NCBI RefSeq assembly: GCF_000150275.1
Contig: NW_002060946.1
Coordinates: 3,553,454 to 3,617,453, forward strand
DNA from: Trichoplax adhaerens
Taxonomy: Eukaryota > Animalia > Placozoa
DNA: 64,000 nt
Direction of reading: 5' to 3'
A program made the translations under genes and the position numbers. The notes under the pieces were generated by a model. That model searched no databases. It was not told the origin of the DNA and saw only the letters and a list, made by a program, of their open reading frames with translations. Position 1 is the first letter of the stretch; every line of letters starts with the position of its first letter. This document shows, in pieces, positions 36,883 to 52,637 of this stretch.

Positions 36883-39800
36883 ATGATGGCTATAGTTTGT
36901 AAAGTACAATATATTGATGATTTAGATCCATTATCTATCTCTAATTTACCGGAACCGACACGGCCAATCAGTTTTACTTTTCAAGATGAAATTCCGTTAT
37001 GTAACCAGCTACCGACGCTATGCAAAATTCTCAAGCCACCCCAGAAGGTGTGTACACAGATAGTCTCGTCTGCATCATCTAGCGATCTAAGCCACTAGTT
37101 GGACGATCTCGATGCTAATATTTCCATCAAGAGCTAGTAGAGAGATCGATGATAAACGCTTAATAGAGCTTTATAGCCACTAATAGGTTCGAAAATAGAT
37201 ATTTGTGCAACCAGACGAATGGAAAGATGGTGTACAATTCTCTAGTATTGCAGCTTTCTATCCTATGCTAATACAGGGATGGATGAAAGTGGTTGTCAAT
37301 TCATAGCATACTGCAGAATAACTGCTATAGAAAATGCGGACTAGCTCATTCTATCATCTCTTTCACCATCAAGTAGCCCCCATTAAATCGACTAAAATCA
37401 CTTTCCAATACACTAGGATAATTGAACACTCATGACTTATTAAGATGGAGTTTCATCCATCCTTAGTAGGAAATAGTCCTTGTATATAGATGGCATTTTT
37501 TCCCCACTCGAACCAATAATTATATAGCGCCTTCTTCAATCGTAATTCAAGCATAACTATCGTCAATTGATCTATTCACCCTCGATATTCTTTGCTCTAA
37601 ATAAAGCTATTTTCATTTCCTATTAATTAGCTTGAAGATGTAGCCTTGCAGTTAAACGTTGGTGGACGCTATTTAGATCTTGAAAGTACCCTTGCAGAAC
37701 AATTTGAAGAGTTTGACCTGGAAACGTTCTTTAGCAAGTACTAATATAGATTATTACTTGAATATTGATAAATGGAGATCACATTATTCCCTTTTTTAAT
37801 TTATTTGATATTTCCAATTATTACTTTGATGTGAAATATTTACCGTCACTGTTATTCTTTACCATGAAAGAATCAAAATAGTGTACTCGCATCATCATCA
37901 ATTAAGGAACATTACCCGCTTTACGATAAACAATGAAGATGATCTCTACCATATCGAGCAAATCGATCACTAATAACATCAATCGATTTAGTTTACCTCA
38001 GTCTTTTTATATTTATTCATGAATTATTTTACTGACTAGAAAATAGGTGATAATTTTTTCGTCCATTGCTCGCATTACTTTTTCATGTTCATAGAATGAT
38101 TATGATAGAATTCATACATGATTGAAATGTCCTTTATAGGACGCCGCATCTATTCACGACGTTGTTTGGTCATGCACTTATTAGTTTACACTTTGGGCAT
38201 CGATAGAATTATTATCGTTATGATAATATTATTATTATACTTGGAATTCTCATAATTTTGGCAATAGTAGATTTATTATTTTCCAATTCATCTTTTTCAT
38301 CCGCTTAGTCGTCGTAATGCAATTATTGTCAGGACTCAACTGCCCGTGCGAGTTGACAAAATTACCGGTAAGTGAAATAATTGATTGATTTTGAAAAATT
38401 ATCTTGTTTTTTCCCCATGGCGATCCTAATTGAAAATATCTCTTAACTACGTTACATCTTTTACGTATGATCGGTGTTTTCTAAGGCGATCTTAATAGGA
38501 AATACAGTATCTCCGAACTACAGTACTGGACATACTTGCGTATGATTAGTCTTTTGGTCTTTATATTAGTCAACAGTGTAGTAGTTAAGTTCGTTCCATA
38601 GTAAAATAGTTTTTAACCTCAAGAAAGACAATTGCTTAATACTATTAAAACTGGTTGGGGTTTCATCATCAGCAACAATATCTAGAAAATTATAGTATTA
38701 TTATAATACTGTCCGGAAATAATTAAAAGAGAGTGAAAAAAATCATTTCTGTATCAATGGATAAACCACTCCGTATCTGCATGGTACACTTATATCATCA
38801 TTTCAATGTAGAATATAATTGTAAGCAACGGCATTTTGCTGATCAAGACACCAAGTGTGTCTAGACATTATGCTCTACTGTAGTAGTGCAGTAAATCGTT
38901 GGTGTCAGTGTGAACATTTCTATCGGCCGAAATCGAACATAAGCCTACGTATAATATCGTCATGAAACAGTCTTCAACAGTCCTAGCATGATCGCAAATT
39001 GATGAGAGATACAATGCTCCAATCATTATACAATCAACTTAATATAGTATAACAAAATCAAAGGAGGGGCTATTATTAATTATATTGAGGATAAAACGTA
39101 TTTTAATTTTACCTCTAATCCATATGAGGTACGCGCAAAACAATACTAATCAAAAAATCAATCAATATTGTAGGTCCGGCCCATTTAATCCATTGATTTC
39201 ATCCAATTATTTCACTCATTAGACTGGAGCACTGTACTATATCATTCTCCAACTTTTATATATAATATAAAAATTGAAAATGGCTCCCATGCAGTTCGTA
39301 TTCTTGATTTATTCAACCCATTCATTGCTTTCTACAACGACATCCACCATCAATATACTGTAAAGTAAACTGTAGTACGAGTATACTTTCGCACGCAGAA
39401 GCTTGTTCATTTTACTATCATACGTTTCATGAGGGTTTATAGTAGATATTCCAAGCGAATGTTAGCACGTTTTACACTGTTCTAGTATTTAGATTTTCAC
39501 CTACATTACAGTATAAGGATAACAATTAATTGAACACTTCACTTGAATGTGAAAACTCTCGTTCAAATACATTCTATACGCCAACATTTAACCTTAAGCG
39601 TGATTGCCTTATCAACTCGTAAAATGCTTATGATTGTATCAAATAGCATTATTGCCAATATTGAAAGTTCTATTCAACCAACCAAGAATAGATACAATTT
39701 GCAATTGTAAAATTGTTGACAATCAATGACTCTTTGTTGCTTTAAGATAATTCATATTCTTAGTAGAAATACGAATTTCCATGTTAGATAGTAAGCTTTC

Positions 39801-42800
39801 TACTACCCAATTGTAACTTTCTTCAAAAATGTTGTTGTCTACTACAATTAAAATCCTAGGTATAATATAGCATTTGAAATTAATTCTTCAAAAACACTAG
39901 TAGCACTGTAGGATTACAATGTACATCGATTTTTCATAAACGAAGACCATAGGCCAAGATTAGTTTGATAGGTAAAGTTAATATCGATGTCTTCATTTTT
40001 TCGAATGTGGACGTAACCGGAGAGTAGATAGCAACCATTAGCTAAATTTATATGTAATCTATTCTACAAGCACTATAACATCATCATATTACTTAATTTA
40101 GCTTAAATTTTTACACTATCAACTCTGATCGAAGGAGAATCGATGTTATTAGTAATCCACTTATCACAAGGGTTAATAACAGACAATCATAAAATAGCTT
40201 ACGGCATACTCTGAACGCATCTCTTACAATAACCACTATTTAGTAGAGGTCGTTTAACACAAGAAATCTTTTAGAAAATAACAAAAGCTTATGAAATTTT
40301 AATCAACATTGGATTTCTTCGTTTGTATTCTAGTAATCCGCTACGGCTATTCACTAATTAATCTCTAATTTGTTACAGTAAATGTAAACAGAAAATCCCT
40401 TATTTAGCATGCATTTTCGATCTTCTAGAAAGTTCACTGCACAATATTCGTTATGTAATATTTGTAGAACAAAATATGTATATGCACGATACATTTACGT
40501 ATCCGAATGCATGTCAATATATCAAAATTATCATTTTTCTATATCAAATGCAGTAAAAAATGCAATCGTTCAATTGAACGAGTCCTTTGGATTTTCTACA
40601 AGCGCTGTTCCTCAAATGGGATTAGCAAAATTAGTAAATTATTAAATGATGGCAATCAAAATCCTATAACACGACTAAATAACATTACGTGGACAAAATT
40701 GAGCCTAATTATCATCGCATCATTTACCGGCAATCAGATTTATAGTACGAGTAAACCTTAACTACATAAATCATTGTAAATTAGGACAATATTTCTTAAA
40801 GTATACTATTTAAGTATCAAGCCTAAATATCTAAACGATATTAAATAAAGTGAATACTAGTTACTTTTAACGCAATTTAAAGTAAATAATCACGCAATTT
40901 TTTTAATTAAAGCCAAAAATATTTAGATACGATTTAAAGAAAAATATTATATTAAGTAATTATTGAATCATTTCTTCATAACTAGAAACGATTTTTAAAT
41001 CGACTGGTAGGGAATTACGCAGAATATTATTCTCTTTGCGACAAATATTTGAGGTACTTCATAATTAAAATGTCATATTCGTAAAATAAATGCTTAACTA
41101 ATACTACGACAAAATATTTGTTGAAACAGTTATGAGAATCGGCAGGCAAAAATTATACTAGATTAGATTTATTTTGTTATTATACATGCGACATGTATAT
41201 GTATACGTATAAATTAGGATCTAGTGAACAGGATTACAGTAATGAACCCTAGGAAGAGAATTACTGCTAAAAGCATAACAAGTTAACTTTATCTTCATAT
41301 AATTCGGCTATGGTCACAGGAAGATAAAGATTTAGTCGACGAATTTGTTAATGCTGATGGACTAAGCTGTCTAGTAACTGTTGGAACAGATGCTGATCAG
41401 AATTATCAGAGCTATATATTAAGAGGTAATATTAAGATAATAAGTTAGCAATTTCTCAACTAATAGCAATATTACTATACCACCTGTAATATGAAGAACA
41501 ATAGCAATCTAATCACGATATAATTGTATTAGCCAGCAGTAAATTGATAGTTATCGTTTAAAACATGCCTCTTCTAACAATAATCAATTAGCTGTATTAT
41601 GCTACCAAATTTTTGACTGTGTCTTTACCATAGCAATAAGTCAAATCATGCTATATGTTGACGGAATGAATGGATTAATTGAATCTCCTGAGACCATTAC
41701 TTGGATTTATTCACTTACTGCGTCGAAGGTATCTTTTTGAATTTATAAATTGAAAGGGAAAATAATTTTAATTTATTCGGATATCTCAATCAGCAATTTA
41801 TTATTAATACTGCCTAGCACAATATTGTAACTGTAAAGACGTTTATGACTCTTTTATTTGGATCTGTATGCTTTTAATATTCTAAGAAACTAATGAAATC
41901 TATTTTACCTCTACAGTATTTTATGGTAGCTAAGACCGCATTAAAGCTGTTGATAATTTTTCTTGAATATGCCGAAACAAACGGAGCAATCTTAAGAAAT
42001 GCAGCCATTGATGTCGATGAAGACGACGGTATCAGCAGATATTTATGACCGCAGTAATTTAGACTGCTACCTAATAATAATATCGATAACGATCAATTAT
42101 CAACATATTACCAATATAATTATTGAAATTTACAATGCAGGGGAAAAACCTTTCGCTAAACTGATGGACATACTACGAGAAAAAACTGGAACAGGCGATC
42201 CCACCTTGCCTACCTTAGCACTAACACTAATTAATAAAGTAATAATTACCAATTAATACGTGAATCATATATATATCTGTTATAATCTCCATATTTTAAT
42301 TTATTTTGCAGATATGTGCAGCAGCCGTTGATCAGGATACCTATTATGATATTACTGATGAGCTTGAAGAGCAAGGAATTGAATCTGCTATGAAGGTGAT
42401 ATTTTACTTCTATGAATATAATAATCAAAATAATTTAGTTTGCATGCCTATTAAATGATATTGTAAACATATACTATCGGTTTACCTAAAGTTTCCCTAG
42501 CAAAATTGTAAAAAGTACAATATATCATGACTTTTACCCACTATACCGTATATTAAACAGAAATTACAAAACAAGCCTAAAGTTCCTGCAGATCTCCAAG
42601 ATCAGATACTAGTGTATGAGGTAATCAGAGAACATCATTTTGTTTATAGAACTTCTGTTTATTTAGCAAGTAAGGCTATATCGCTATAAGTATAGTAATC
42701 AATGCTAACACGTTACTATCCTTATGCTGCACTAGACGACGCTTAAAATTGAAGATGGCGAGGATATTTCAGAAGAAATTATGGCAAAGTAAGGAACAAT

Positions 42801-45800
42801 AATATTAAGGCCAGAGGAAAACTTGTATTTCTTCTTCAAGATATATTTCAGTCCTTTACTGTACTTTGCCACATTGAACACTTTAAATTTCTCGGCACTA
42901 ATTAATACATGTATCATTTTATGATTACTGATTATAAGAGTATATTATTGCTTCTTATGGATTATAAAAGTAAGTTAATTAATATCACAAATAATACTTA
43001 AAAGTATTTATTATCTAATTTATCAGATTGTCCAACTATGGAGTGAGAAAACGAATGGATGCTTGTAAGATGATTGTGACATACGTATTTGTTGTTAAAT
43101 AAAAATTTAGCTTATAATCCTTTATAATTTATAGTGTTAGCTGAAGTACGACATGCCATATTATGCAATTTGTCCCTTAGATTATAATTTAGTAAATCAT
43201 CATGTAGTAATCACAAGAATGAGCTAACTTTTCGACTTTATTAGCTCCTGCTAGAGGTAGATCTCAATCTGAAGACGTTGGTAAACGTCGACTTTCTGGA
43301 AACTCTATTCCCGAGTTAACCGAAGAACAACAACCTGAACTTAAATATCACGGGCCAAAGTATGTACTACATTATAAAATAATACAGTATAAACACATAG
43401 TAAAGCATTCAATATCTTCGAAATAATCAATCATACTTCTCATAAAGTGTATGTAAATATAAAAAGATTTCGTTATATTTATGATTGCAATATGATTAAG
43501 ACAAAATTACTTTTCATACTTAATAGAATGAACGATAACATTTATCTGGCAAATAAAAAGAGACCAATCCATCATTCTCGATCTCCTGCAAGAAAGATGT
43601 CTCCTAGTATAATCGATTCCAAACTTGGTTCAAATGAAAATAGACGACCATCAATTGATTCTGTTGTTGCTTCAGAGAATCGTTACTCAGCTATCTCTGA
43701 TAGTTCTAAGCAAATTTTACAGAAATCGTCCGACGTACTACGATCTAGATCAAGTTCATCTGATTCTACTGCTAGCAGTAGTAGCAGCTATAGTTCCCAA
43801 GGCCCTCTAAATAGACCTGAAATTACAAGTAGTGGTACTGAACGTAAAAGAAGAGGGATTAAGATTGATACTAGTAAGAACATAAAGTTGACACCTTCAG
43901 TACCAAAGAGGGATTCAAGTCGAAGTAAGTAACTCTATTTTTCAAGCTTTACAAAAAATCTGAAATAAATAATTTTATATTATATATAATCAAGGCTATT
44001 ATAGGATAAAAACCTAAATTTAAAGTATGTTTGCGATAGGTGCAGTTCACAAACCTGTACAAGATATTCATCAAAGCAGTCAAGAAATACCAAGTCATCC
44101 ACGTGTTGATAATACCACTCCTAGCAGAAATCTTAATTTAAATATTGAAAAACGCGATCTTATACCTGCTGGACGTTTCACCCGTAAAGGTATAAGCAAT
44201 AGACCTGTACTTTTACGAAGTGCCCATCCCGATTATAACGCAATCAACGAAGGCACTATCAATAGGGACGATAATATTGAAAATGCGAACGAACAAGAAA
44301 CACAACCAACAATTACGAATTCCTCGGTTTCATATACTGGTTCAAGTACAGTTTCAGAAAAAGTAATAACTAGAGTATCAAGCGCAGAGACAATAACAGA
44401 AAAAGTAATAACTAGAAAATCAAGTGTAGATACAGTACCAGAAAAAGAAACAGCAAGAAAGTCATCTGTAGCATTAATTCGCCGCAGTCCATCGTTAAGT
44501 ACTGAAGACCAGAAGCGATTGCAAGATCTACCACAGGTTACAAGCTATGAAAACGATGAAGATCATGACTTGAATAAAGGTAGTATAACAACAACAAACC
44601 ATAATGATATTGGTAGAGGCGTAGATATCGATTTAGATGACCAGAAGATATCAAAGATGAACGAAGAACAAAATAATATAATAGAAAATGAAACATATAA
44701 TACGAACGAATCAAACCAAAAGCAGGAAATTGATCGAAAGCCTGAAGGTGATCAGGAAAAATACCGTAGGAAGAAACCAAAGCAAAATATGAGACAAATG
44801 AGAAAGACACGCTATATGACATTATCTGGCTTCCGTGATGAGGATGGACAGCCGGCTAAGCAAGGCATAGACAATAAAGCTTGGCTTATGAATATGCTGT
44901 ATTCACAAGGTACACCTGGTGTTTCTACAAATAGAGACAACATAATTTCGGGCAATCAAGAAGAAGACTTAGCACTTACCTCTGTTCAAATGACTGCTGA
45001 TAAATTTGAATTCGGAAGTGAAAAAGCACCTGAGATAAAAAGTTCTTCCCTTGACGAAGATTCGACATCGAACAAGCTTAGTAAAATTAAATCATCGCTA
45101 GGGCTGGGATCTATTGATGTTAATGTAACACCAGGACCAGTAGCAACGACGGAAGAGAACGAGTCCTCTGAAATATTAGATGACGAACTGCCATTTGAAA
45201 GAATGGATATCTTACCAGAGAGGCCATTAGTAATTGGAGATTTAAATTTTACTGACTTAACTGATGAAGATGATGTAGATAATTTAATTGCAAGTGTTAT
45301 TATATCACCTACTACTGTAACACCATTAGCAGGTGGCATTCCTCCACCGCCACCTCCAATGCCACTAGGTGGGCCAGGTGCACCTCCTCCACCCCCACCA
45401 CCTCCACCGCCAGGAGCACCTCCACCACCACCACCGCCAGGTCCTTCTGGATCTCATGGTACTTTATTATTATCACCAGATAAATCAAAAACGAAACTGA
45501 TACGATTACACTGGGAAGAAATTAGACCTATCTCGACTAATATCGATGCAACAATTTGGAAATCGTTATCTACAATTAATATCGATAAAGAAGAATTGGG
45601 ACGTCTTTTCGAAGCGAAAGCTAGAAGCCCAATAAATAAAGTAAACTACGGATCTTATTGTAAACTTTGTCATTATTATAGAAAAATTAAAAGTAATTTA
45701 GAAATAATGTTGATTATAAGGATTTACATCCTAATTTACATTAATTCCTTTTACTTCCTTGCCACAGCCAAGTGACTCGATTCAAAAAAAAGAAAACATT

Positions 45801-48678
45801 ATTGTATTAGATAGCAAAAGATCTAATGGTATTAATATTGCACTTGTAAAATTGCCACCTGTCAATACCATCAAATCTGCTATTTTAAAAATGGACAATG
45901 AATGCATAAATAGGGAAGGAATTGAGGTGGGTTCAAGGCTAATAATTTTAAGATAAAGATATACTTGCTGAATACCAATTACAAAATTGGTACATGCTAT
46001 CTATTAAGATTAAAATGACATTGTTAACTTTTGTAATATAACAGTAAAAATCGATTATTTTTTTAGCGATTACTGAGCTTAATTCCTACAACTGAAGAAA
46101 TTTCTAAAATTGCTGAAGCAGTGGTAGAAAATCCTGGTATACCTCTAGCTACAGCTGAAGCTTTTCTACAAACTATATCAACAATTCCGGAGCTGGAAGC
46201 TCGATTAAGACTATGGGCTTTTAAGATTGATTACGGTATCATCGAAAAGGTAGGTCATTTGTAGGTTGTAGATCAAATACTTTATCATTAGTCGATCATG
46301 ATTTAGCCTTTATTCCGATGTTAAAATATTATAGCTACCCTACTATTCCATCTAGTCAATTATTAGCACTAAATATTAAAATCATCATTCCTAAGTTTCG
46401 AAATTTCTGCCTTAAGGTGCCATTTATATATTTTTAATATCCTGAGAGAAGTACTTATACGCGTATACGTAGTATTACATGAAAATAAAATACACATTGG
46501 ATAAATTGCAATCTTATTTAAATACGATATATACAAATCATTTATACATAAAATATGTAATGTGCCTATACCAATTATGAATAACTCTTTTTAGAGAATA
46601 ATTTCTATATATTTAGCCGTGGATTATGGTTTGACTGTGTTCAATTTTTTAATTAATCAATTATAGGGAGCTGCTGAAGCACTCATGGACTTGAAGCAAG
46701 GTCTTAAGCAGTTGCAAGAATCTGAAACATTTAAATATACTTTATCTACAATTCTGACTGTTGGCAATACCTTAAATGGGAAAAATGTAAGTATAAAAAA
46801 CGATACTAAATATTTTATTTCTTTTATGGCTATTTCTAAGTATGACACGAACTATGTCATTTCGTGCATGTTTTAGGCTGCAGGCTTTAGCCTGAATTAT
46901 CTGACTAAGATACCAGAAATCAAAGATACTACAACTAACAAACAGTCACTTTTAACGCACGTGGCAAAAATTGTCATGAGTCAATATCCTGACAGTTCAG
47001 ATTTATACAGTGATTTTGGTGCCTTACACCGATCTGCTAAGGTATCATGTTACGTGTCGCTTAGTAACGTATAGATGTGAAATTGCATCTTAAGCGTTAA
47101 TTAATGTGCCTTTTTCTTAGACGTAAATTTAACAATCCAACAATAAAAATTATAATAGCTTACATCGCGATTTTGAAGCGATCATATCATTGCCATAAGT
47201 TTATCTTGTGTGTCTCAAATTATCTATTTTGTACGTGTAGGTGGATTTCGAAGAACTCGAAATTGGCTTAGTTCAATTAGAGAAAGACTGCAAGGCGGCT
47301 TGGATTTATTTACGAGCTATAGTCAAACATGACTCAAAATCATCAATAAAACCTATGTTAGATTTAGTAGAACGTTTAAAATTTATAAGAAATACAATAA
47401 TATATACTAGATTCAACAATAGGAACTAAGCTAAAGCAAAAATATCCCTTCTTTACTTCTAATTTAATAATGGTACAACAATTCTGATAACTGATTTCGA
47501 TCTTCTTACCTCTAGCATGACAGAATTTCTTACCGATGTTGGCGAACGATTACTTGTTCTTAAAGTTGTTTATACAAGGATATTAAATCGGTAATATAAT
47601 TTATAACGAATTATTTGAAGCAATAGCGATATGTGAATGCTTATCTAATTTTACGCAAAGTTAAAGATAGTGAAATTGGAATCCAATGTGATGAATTATC
47701 ATTTATTCAGAGCTAATATGTATATCAATTACCCTTAGATTCAATAATCTGTTGCTTTTTTATGGATTTACGAAAAGCATCGTTAAGGATATGAGGGTAA
47801 ATATGAACAAATCCTTTTCAAATTTAAATCTATCGCGAAAATGATCATAACGGATGTTCGCTAGAACTTAGTATTTTCCATTTTTTATTTCCCTTCTAGA
47901 TCAACGACTTCTTGAAAATTGTAACCGAGTTTTCCTTAGAATATAAAACTGTTAAAGGAAAGTTACTAGACCAAGCACGAAAGAAAGAAGTCCAACGTAA
48001 ACGTAGCGAAACTAGAGGAAGATTAATTACAGACGTAAGTATCATACAGACACTAGAAACGAATTGTACCAAATATAATGAGAAGGTTTTTATTAAAATC
48101 TTGGCTACAAAAATCTTCTCGGTTCCAATATTAGATTGTATTAATACATTAATGATCCGTAATTTCCATCAATAGGACAATAAAATAAGACCCACATCAA
48201 AGGAAGCTCTTAACGTAAGTGCTCTTGAAAATGTACTTGGTAAGGGCAATGTATCGGAAGGCGGTCTAGGCCGTAGGCGCAGAAAAGATTTAGCAACGAA
48301 TCAAGTAAGAGATAGTAGCCTATCACGCGATAGTGCCGATGATGCAGTACTAGATGAAATTGTCAAGACAGCATCTAAACAAAATCCTAGAAGTGGAAGA
48401 GGACCACGTAAAAAAACCGCTCATAAGGATCGTAAATCAAGTAAGCGTAGTTGCAAGTATTCGTATTTTTGACATCTAAAAGAAGTAGAGAGAATTACTA
48501 CAATATAAACTAGTGAATTATTACTTTACATAAAGTTATAAACAATTTATGCCAATACGTTTGTATTTTATGTTTATTTACAATTTATTAAAATCTAGTG
48601 CGAAGAACTATCAAAGGTGGTATAGATAACGAAGATCTTATAACTGCTGCCCTACTGAAGCAACAACAAAATGCCTAA
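36883..48678 (+). CDS. FHOD: FHOD-family formin (about 25 exons)
   Basis: Exon 1 36883-37047 ([19 protein letters not shown]). GBD/FH3 exons 37631-42788 ([31 protein letters not shown]). Large exon 44040-45640 carries the poly-Pro FH1 and the start of FH2. FH2 exons run to ~48033 ([35 protein letters not shown]). DAD region DDAVLDEIV...RKSMRRTIKGG; stop at 48676-48678. Confidence 0.95.
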
Positions 48679-50639
48679 GTCATCTAATTTATCACTCGCA
48701 AGATATATCCATTCATTATCGTTGGATTATATTCATGAAAGCGGTTCACATGAGATAATTGCTTATCTAAAATCAAATTTAACTGACTTAAAATTGGATT
48801 CTACAGTATTATCATCTGCATAACAATAACATTTTAATAGGTCCGTTTCTTACATTTGTGTATCTTTATAAAATTATAATGCTCCTATAATTTCCCTACT
48901 GTCATTTTATATTTTAAATCGATAATTTTGAGATAACTGCGATGGCCTAGCCATTTATTACATATTGAGTTTAATTTTTAAGCATTAATATTATTGTTAT
49001 AAACAGCAAAGACAATGATAATCTGTGTAAATGCATGCGTACGTTTACCGTAATTCTAACTTATCAACGAAAAATTTTTCATGAAAATTTTAGCTGTTTT
49101 TTATTGCTACTCACAATGATGTACTTTTGTGATTGATCGTTTTTTGTAATATTATTTTTATTATAACATTTTAACTCTTAATATGAATTTTAAATGCAAA
49201 TATCTATTCACGTTTGGTGATATGTTCACGATCTACTTTAAATTTTTTTCGTACAGTTTGATATTAACTAACATATAACACTATCTATGTTTAAGAGATT
49301 GCTATAAATTGTAAATATCAATTTTCAAAACGATGAGACTGGCACCATGTAGTTACATTATTTTGAAATGCCATTAAGGAGAGTATTATATCGGTATCAC
49401 TTTTCTATCTAACCGTATGCCTTGCATATTTTTGGCAATTATGTATGTTAAAGGAATACCAAAATTGTTTTAATATACTTGTTACCATTCCAATGCAATG
49501 CAGTAACTATTAATTATAGGAAACTGTATTTAAGGCTTAATATTTATAAATTTGAAGTGAAAAGAATTAATTATAACATTTATTATTCGTTAAAAGTACT
49601 GTTCGTAGAATTTTTATGTCACAAGCCTAGTTTTTTTAACTGAATTCGGTTAGGCATATACATAGACTACTAGAAGGTAATCTTTTAGTAGCACATATGT
49701 CATATATGACTTATGAGTATTATACTCGTAAAACTATACAGTTAGCAACATTCGAATTGCGTAGCTTATATTTTATGATGCATTAATCTTCTATATAAGT
49801 GTTGATACGACAGCACTGCAGCTACTGCTGTATGGTTTCTTCAAGTAATAAAATAATTTCCATCACAGGTATATACCAAAGTTAGGGTGATATGTGAGTT
49901 TACATTTAGAATCATATAGGTGAACTCCTTTGTTGTATTGTGTAGTATGGGGTACTTTATATAACAGTATCTGACTATTTTCTAGTTTACGATCATCGTT
50001 TACCAGGAAATATATGTGGTATGGCATAAACATCAATACTAAGTTAAATAATAACTGTTGAAGGGAGCACAGTTAGAACAGATTGCATTTTCATTTCTGT
50101 ATCATAAATAAATTACAAAATCACAATTATCGCATAACATTTGCAAACTTTATTAACTGTAAACACGGACGAATACATAAGCTAATTCAGTACTACCTAC
50201 GAATTTACAGTATACTGCCATAGTAACATAGAACAGCAATTTCTCTGAATGTATTTGAAATTCTTTGATTAAAGGACTGGAAAATGCCTGAATCAAAGTT
50301 TCTTGAGCAAATCAAGTTCTTAAATCACCGATACCCTAGCAAGCAATATTATAAATTTACTGCAAAGACATTATGATTTAATAGCCGAGGATGAGATTAA
50401 AACTAGGTAGCTAAATACATCAAGACACATAAAACGAAACTGCTGAGCTACTAAATTATAAAATCAAATACTTATCATAACTTATGTTGTAGGCCATTCA
50501 CTAGCAAGATCAACTATTAATGCAATCACTATCAAGATTAATTAAGCCAGACAAGAGTCAAACAATACACTAATGACTGAATCTCTCCTGTCTTTCATGA
50601 TTTTTAGACGACTAAGAACATTGGTAGAGCAGGGATGAT

Positions 50640-51865
50640 GATACTTAGACCTACTATATATTTGTTTATTCATATCTTGTCTTATATTGACATGGTATCG
50701 GTTAATAGGATAAAGTTATGATGATAAAATAGTATCTTATCATGTAAAGATAATGATAGCATATAAAGTCATCTACGATTACAAAAGGTTATGATTGACC
50801 CATCTTTCTATTTGTCTATCTATATCGACTATTGTATAATGATCATATAAGTATATTTCTTATTCACATATGATGATAACTGTAATGATGGCATATAGAG
50901 CTTCCCACGATTAGGATAGGTTACGATTGATGTATATTTTATTCGGTTATTTATGCTGAAGTTATACAATGACAATAAAAAATTACATAATCGTATTTCT
51001 TATCTAAATATGATGACAACGATATCAAATTAAATTTTCTATGATATAACGATTTCTGATTGATCCATGTTTCTATTTATCTATCGACATTGAAGCTATA
51101 TCATGATGATAAAATAATTACACGAGTGCATTTCTTACCTACATATGATGATAATGACAGCATATACGTAGTATTTGTCTACAATTACAACAAATAATGA
51201 TCGATCCATATTTCTATTCATTTATCTATATTAAAAGTATACCATAATCATTTTCTTGAAAGTATTTCTTATTGACATATGACAATAATTAATAATAGCA
51301 TATAGAATTAATGTGATCGATCTATATTATCTTGTGTTCTTTTATCTATATTAAATGCACACTATAATTACATGGGTACATTTCTTATTTGCATGTGATG
51401 ATAATGATAGCATATAGAATTACATATGATCGATCTATATTTCTATTCTTTGATTTACAGTACATTAAATGTATACGATAGTTACATGGGTACATTTCTT
51501 ATTTGCAAGTGATGATAATTATGATAACATATAGAATAAAAACGATCGATCCATATTTCTGTTCCTTTATCTATATTAGAGGTATAGCATAATAACTATA
51601 TAAACGCATTTCCTATTCCCATATTATAATGATAGCATACAGAATTAATGTGATCGATTCATATTCTGTTCCTATATCTATTTTAAAGTTATAGCATAAT
51701 AATTACTTGAATGTATTTCTTATGTACATTGTACATATAACGATAGCGATAACATATAGAATTTTCTACATTATAACAAACAGGTTGCAATCGACCCCAT
51801 TTCTATTTGTCTATCTACAGTATATTAAAGTTATTGCATAATGATGATATAAGTCTATTTCTTAA
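50640..51865. repeat. Degenerate minisatellite (~10 copies, ~100-140 bp) immediately 3' of ARV1
   Basis: Recurrent TTTCTTATTxxCATATGATGATAA...GCATATAGAA...GATCGATCCATATTTCTATT...TATCTATATTAAAG blocks. Confidence 0.8.
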
Positions 51866-51872
51866 CCGCTAT

Positions 51873-52637
51873 TTATGATAATGAAAGCATAAAACGTTCA
51901 AAAGCGTCCAAAGGGATCACTCTTTCTAACAGGAAGCCTATGCAATTTTTTATAATCATAACACTCACTGTAATACAAATGGCCACAATATAGGAGGATT
52001 CAAGTAGAACCATAATAGCTTCTGCGTTGGAACATATAACCAATAACGATATCATGTAGAGGTAAACAGTGCTCAATTCTAGATCACTTCGCTCAGAAGT
52101 AGGAATTCTACCCCAAATGGCAGCACATAGAATAAATAATTTGCCAAAATTAGCTAGCAATAAACCACGAACAACAATCTTTCTATCACGCTGTTTGTAT
52201 GTTGTTAAAGTAGGCAAGTAAACGACAATACGATACATGAGTTGGAAAGACAGTATAAAGAGTATGGTGGAAATGATAAAATAATAATAATAACGTAACT
52301 CTAGCTTGAAATAATCATTTTGTCCACTGACAGAGAGATTGGTATTATAATGACGAGCATAAGCATCGGATAAGCAACCTATAGCAGTTAATCTCCAATG
52401 AAAATTAACTTGACTATTAAATAACCAATGCCGGTAAGCAGCTGCTTTATGAAGTAGTAAATCAACAAATAGCGCCATAGCATCATATTCCACATATTTA
52501 TCCACATCCTTTTTGCAATACTTGCAAATGGCTAATCTGGAGGCGCCATTGGAGAAAATTTTAAATAATTTTTCTATCGGGCAACCACACTCAACACAGA
52601 TTAAACTTTGAGCATCAAATGTCTTTTCTGAAGTCAT
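51873..52637 (-). CDS. ARV1: ARV1 ER membrane protein (intronless CDS)
   Basis: Single 254-aa ORF with the Arv1 homology domain CVECG...CKYC...DKYVEYD...DLLLHK..AYRHWLFN followed by several hydrophobic segments. Confidence 0.93.
   Translation of the reverse strand: MTSEKTFDAQSLICVECGCPIEKLFKIFSNGASRLAICKYCKKDVDKYVEYDAMALFVDLLLHKAAAYRHWLFNSQVNFHWRLTAIGCLSDAYARHYNTNLSVSGQNDYFKLELRYYYYFIISTILFILSFQLMYRIVVYLPTLTTYKQRDRKIVVRGLLLANFGKLFILCAAIWGRIPTSERSDLELSTVYLYMISLLVICSNAEAIMVLLESSYIVAICITVSVMIIKNCIGFLLERVIPLDAFERFMLSLS

Noticed and set aside
41729-41916. U12-type intron in FHOD (GTATCTTT donor)
   Set aside because: Deviates from GTATCCTT, has a typical U2 exon end (AAG) and shows no clear TCCTTAAC branch site.
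44538-45339. Antisense ORFs within the large FHOD exon (likewise 25886-26119 in the DUF3504 gene)
   Set aside because: Shadow ORFs of the coding strand.
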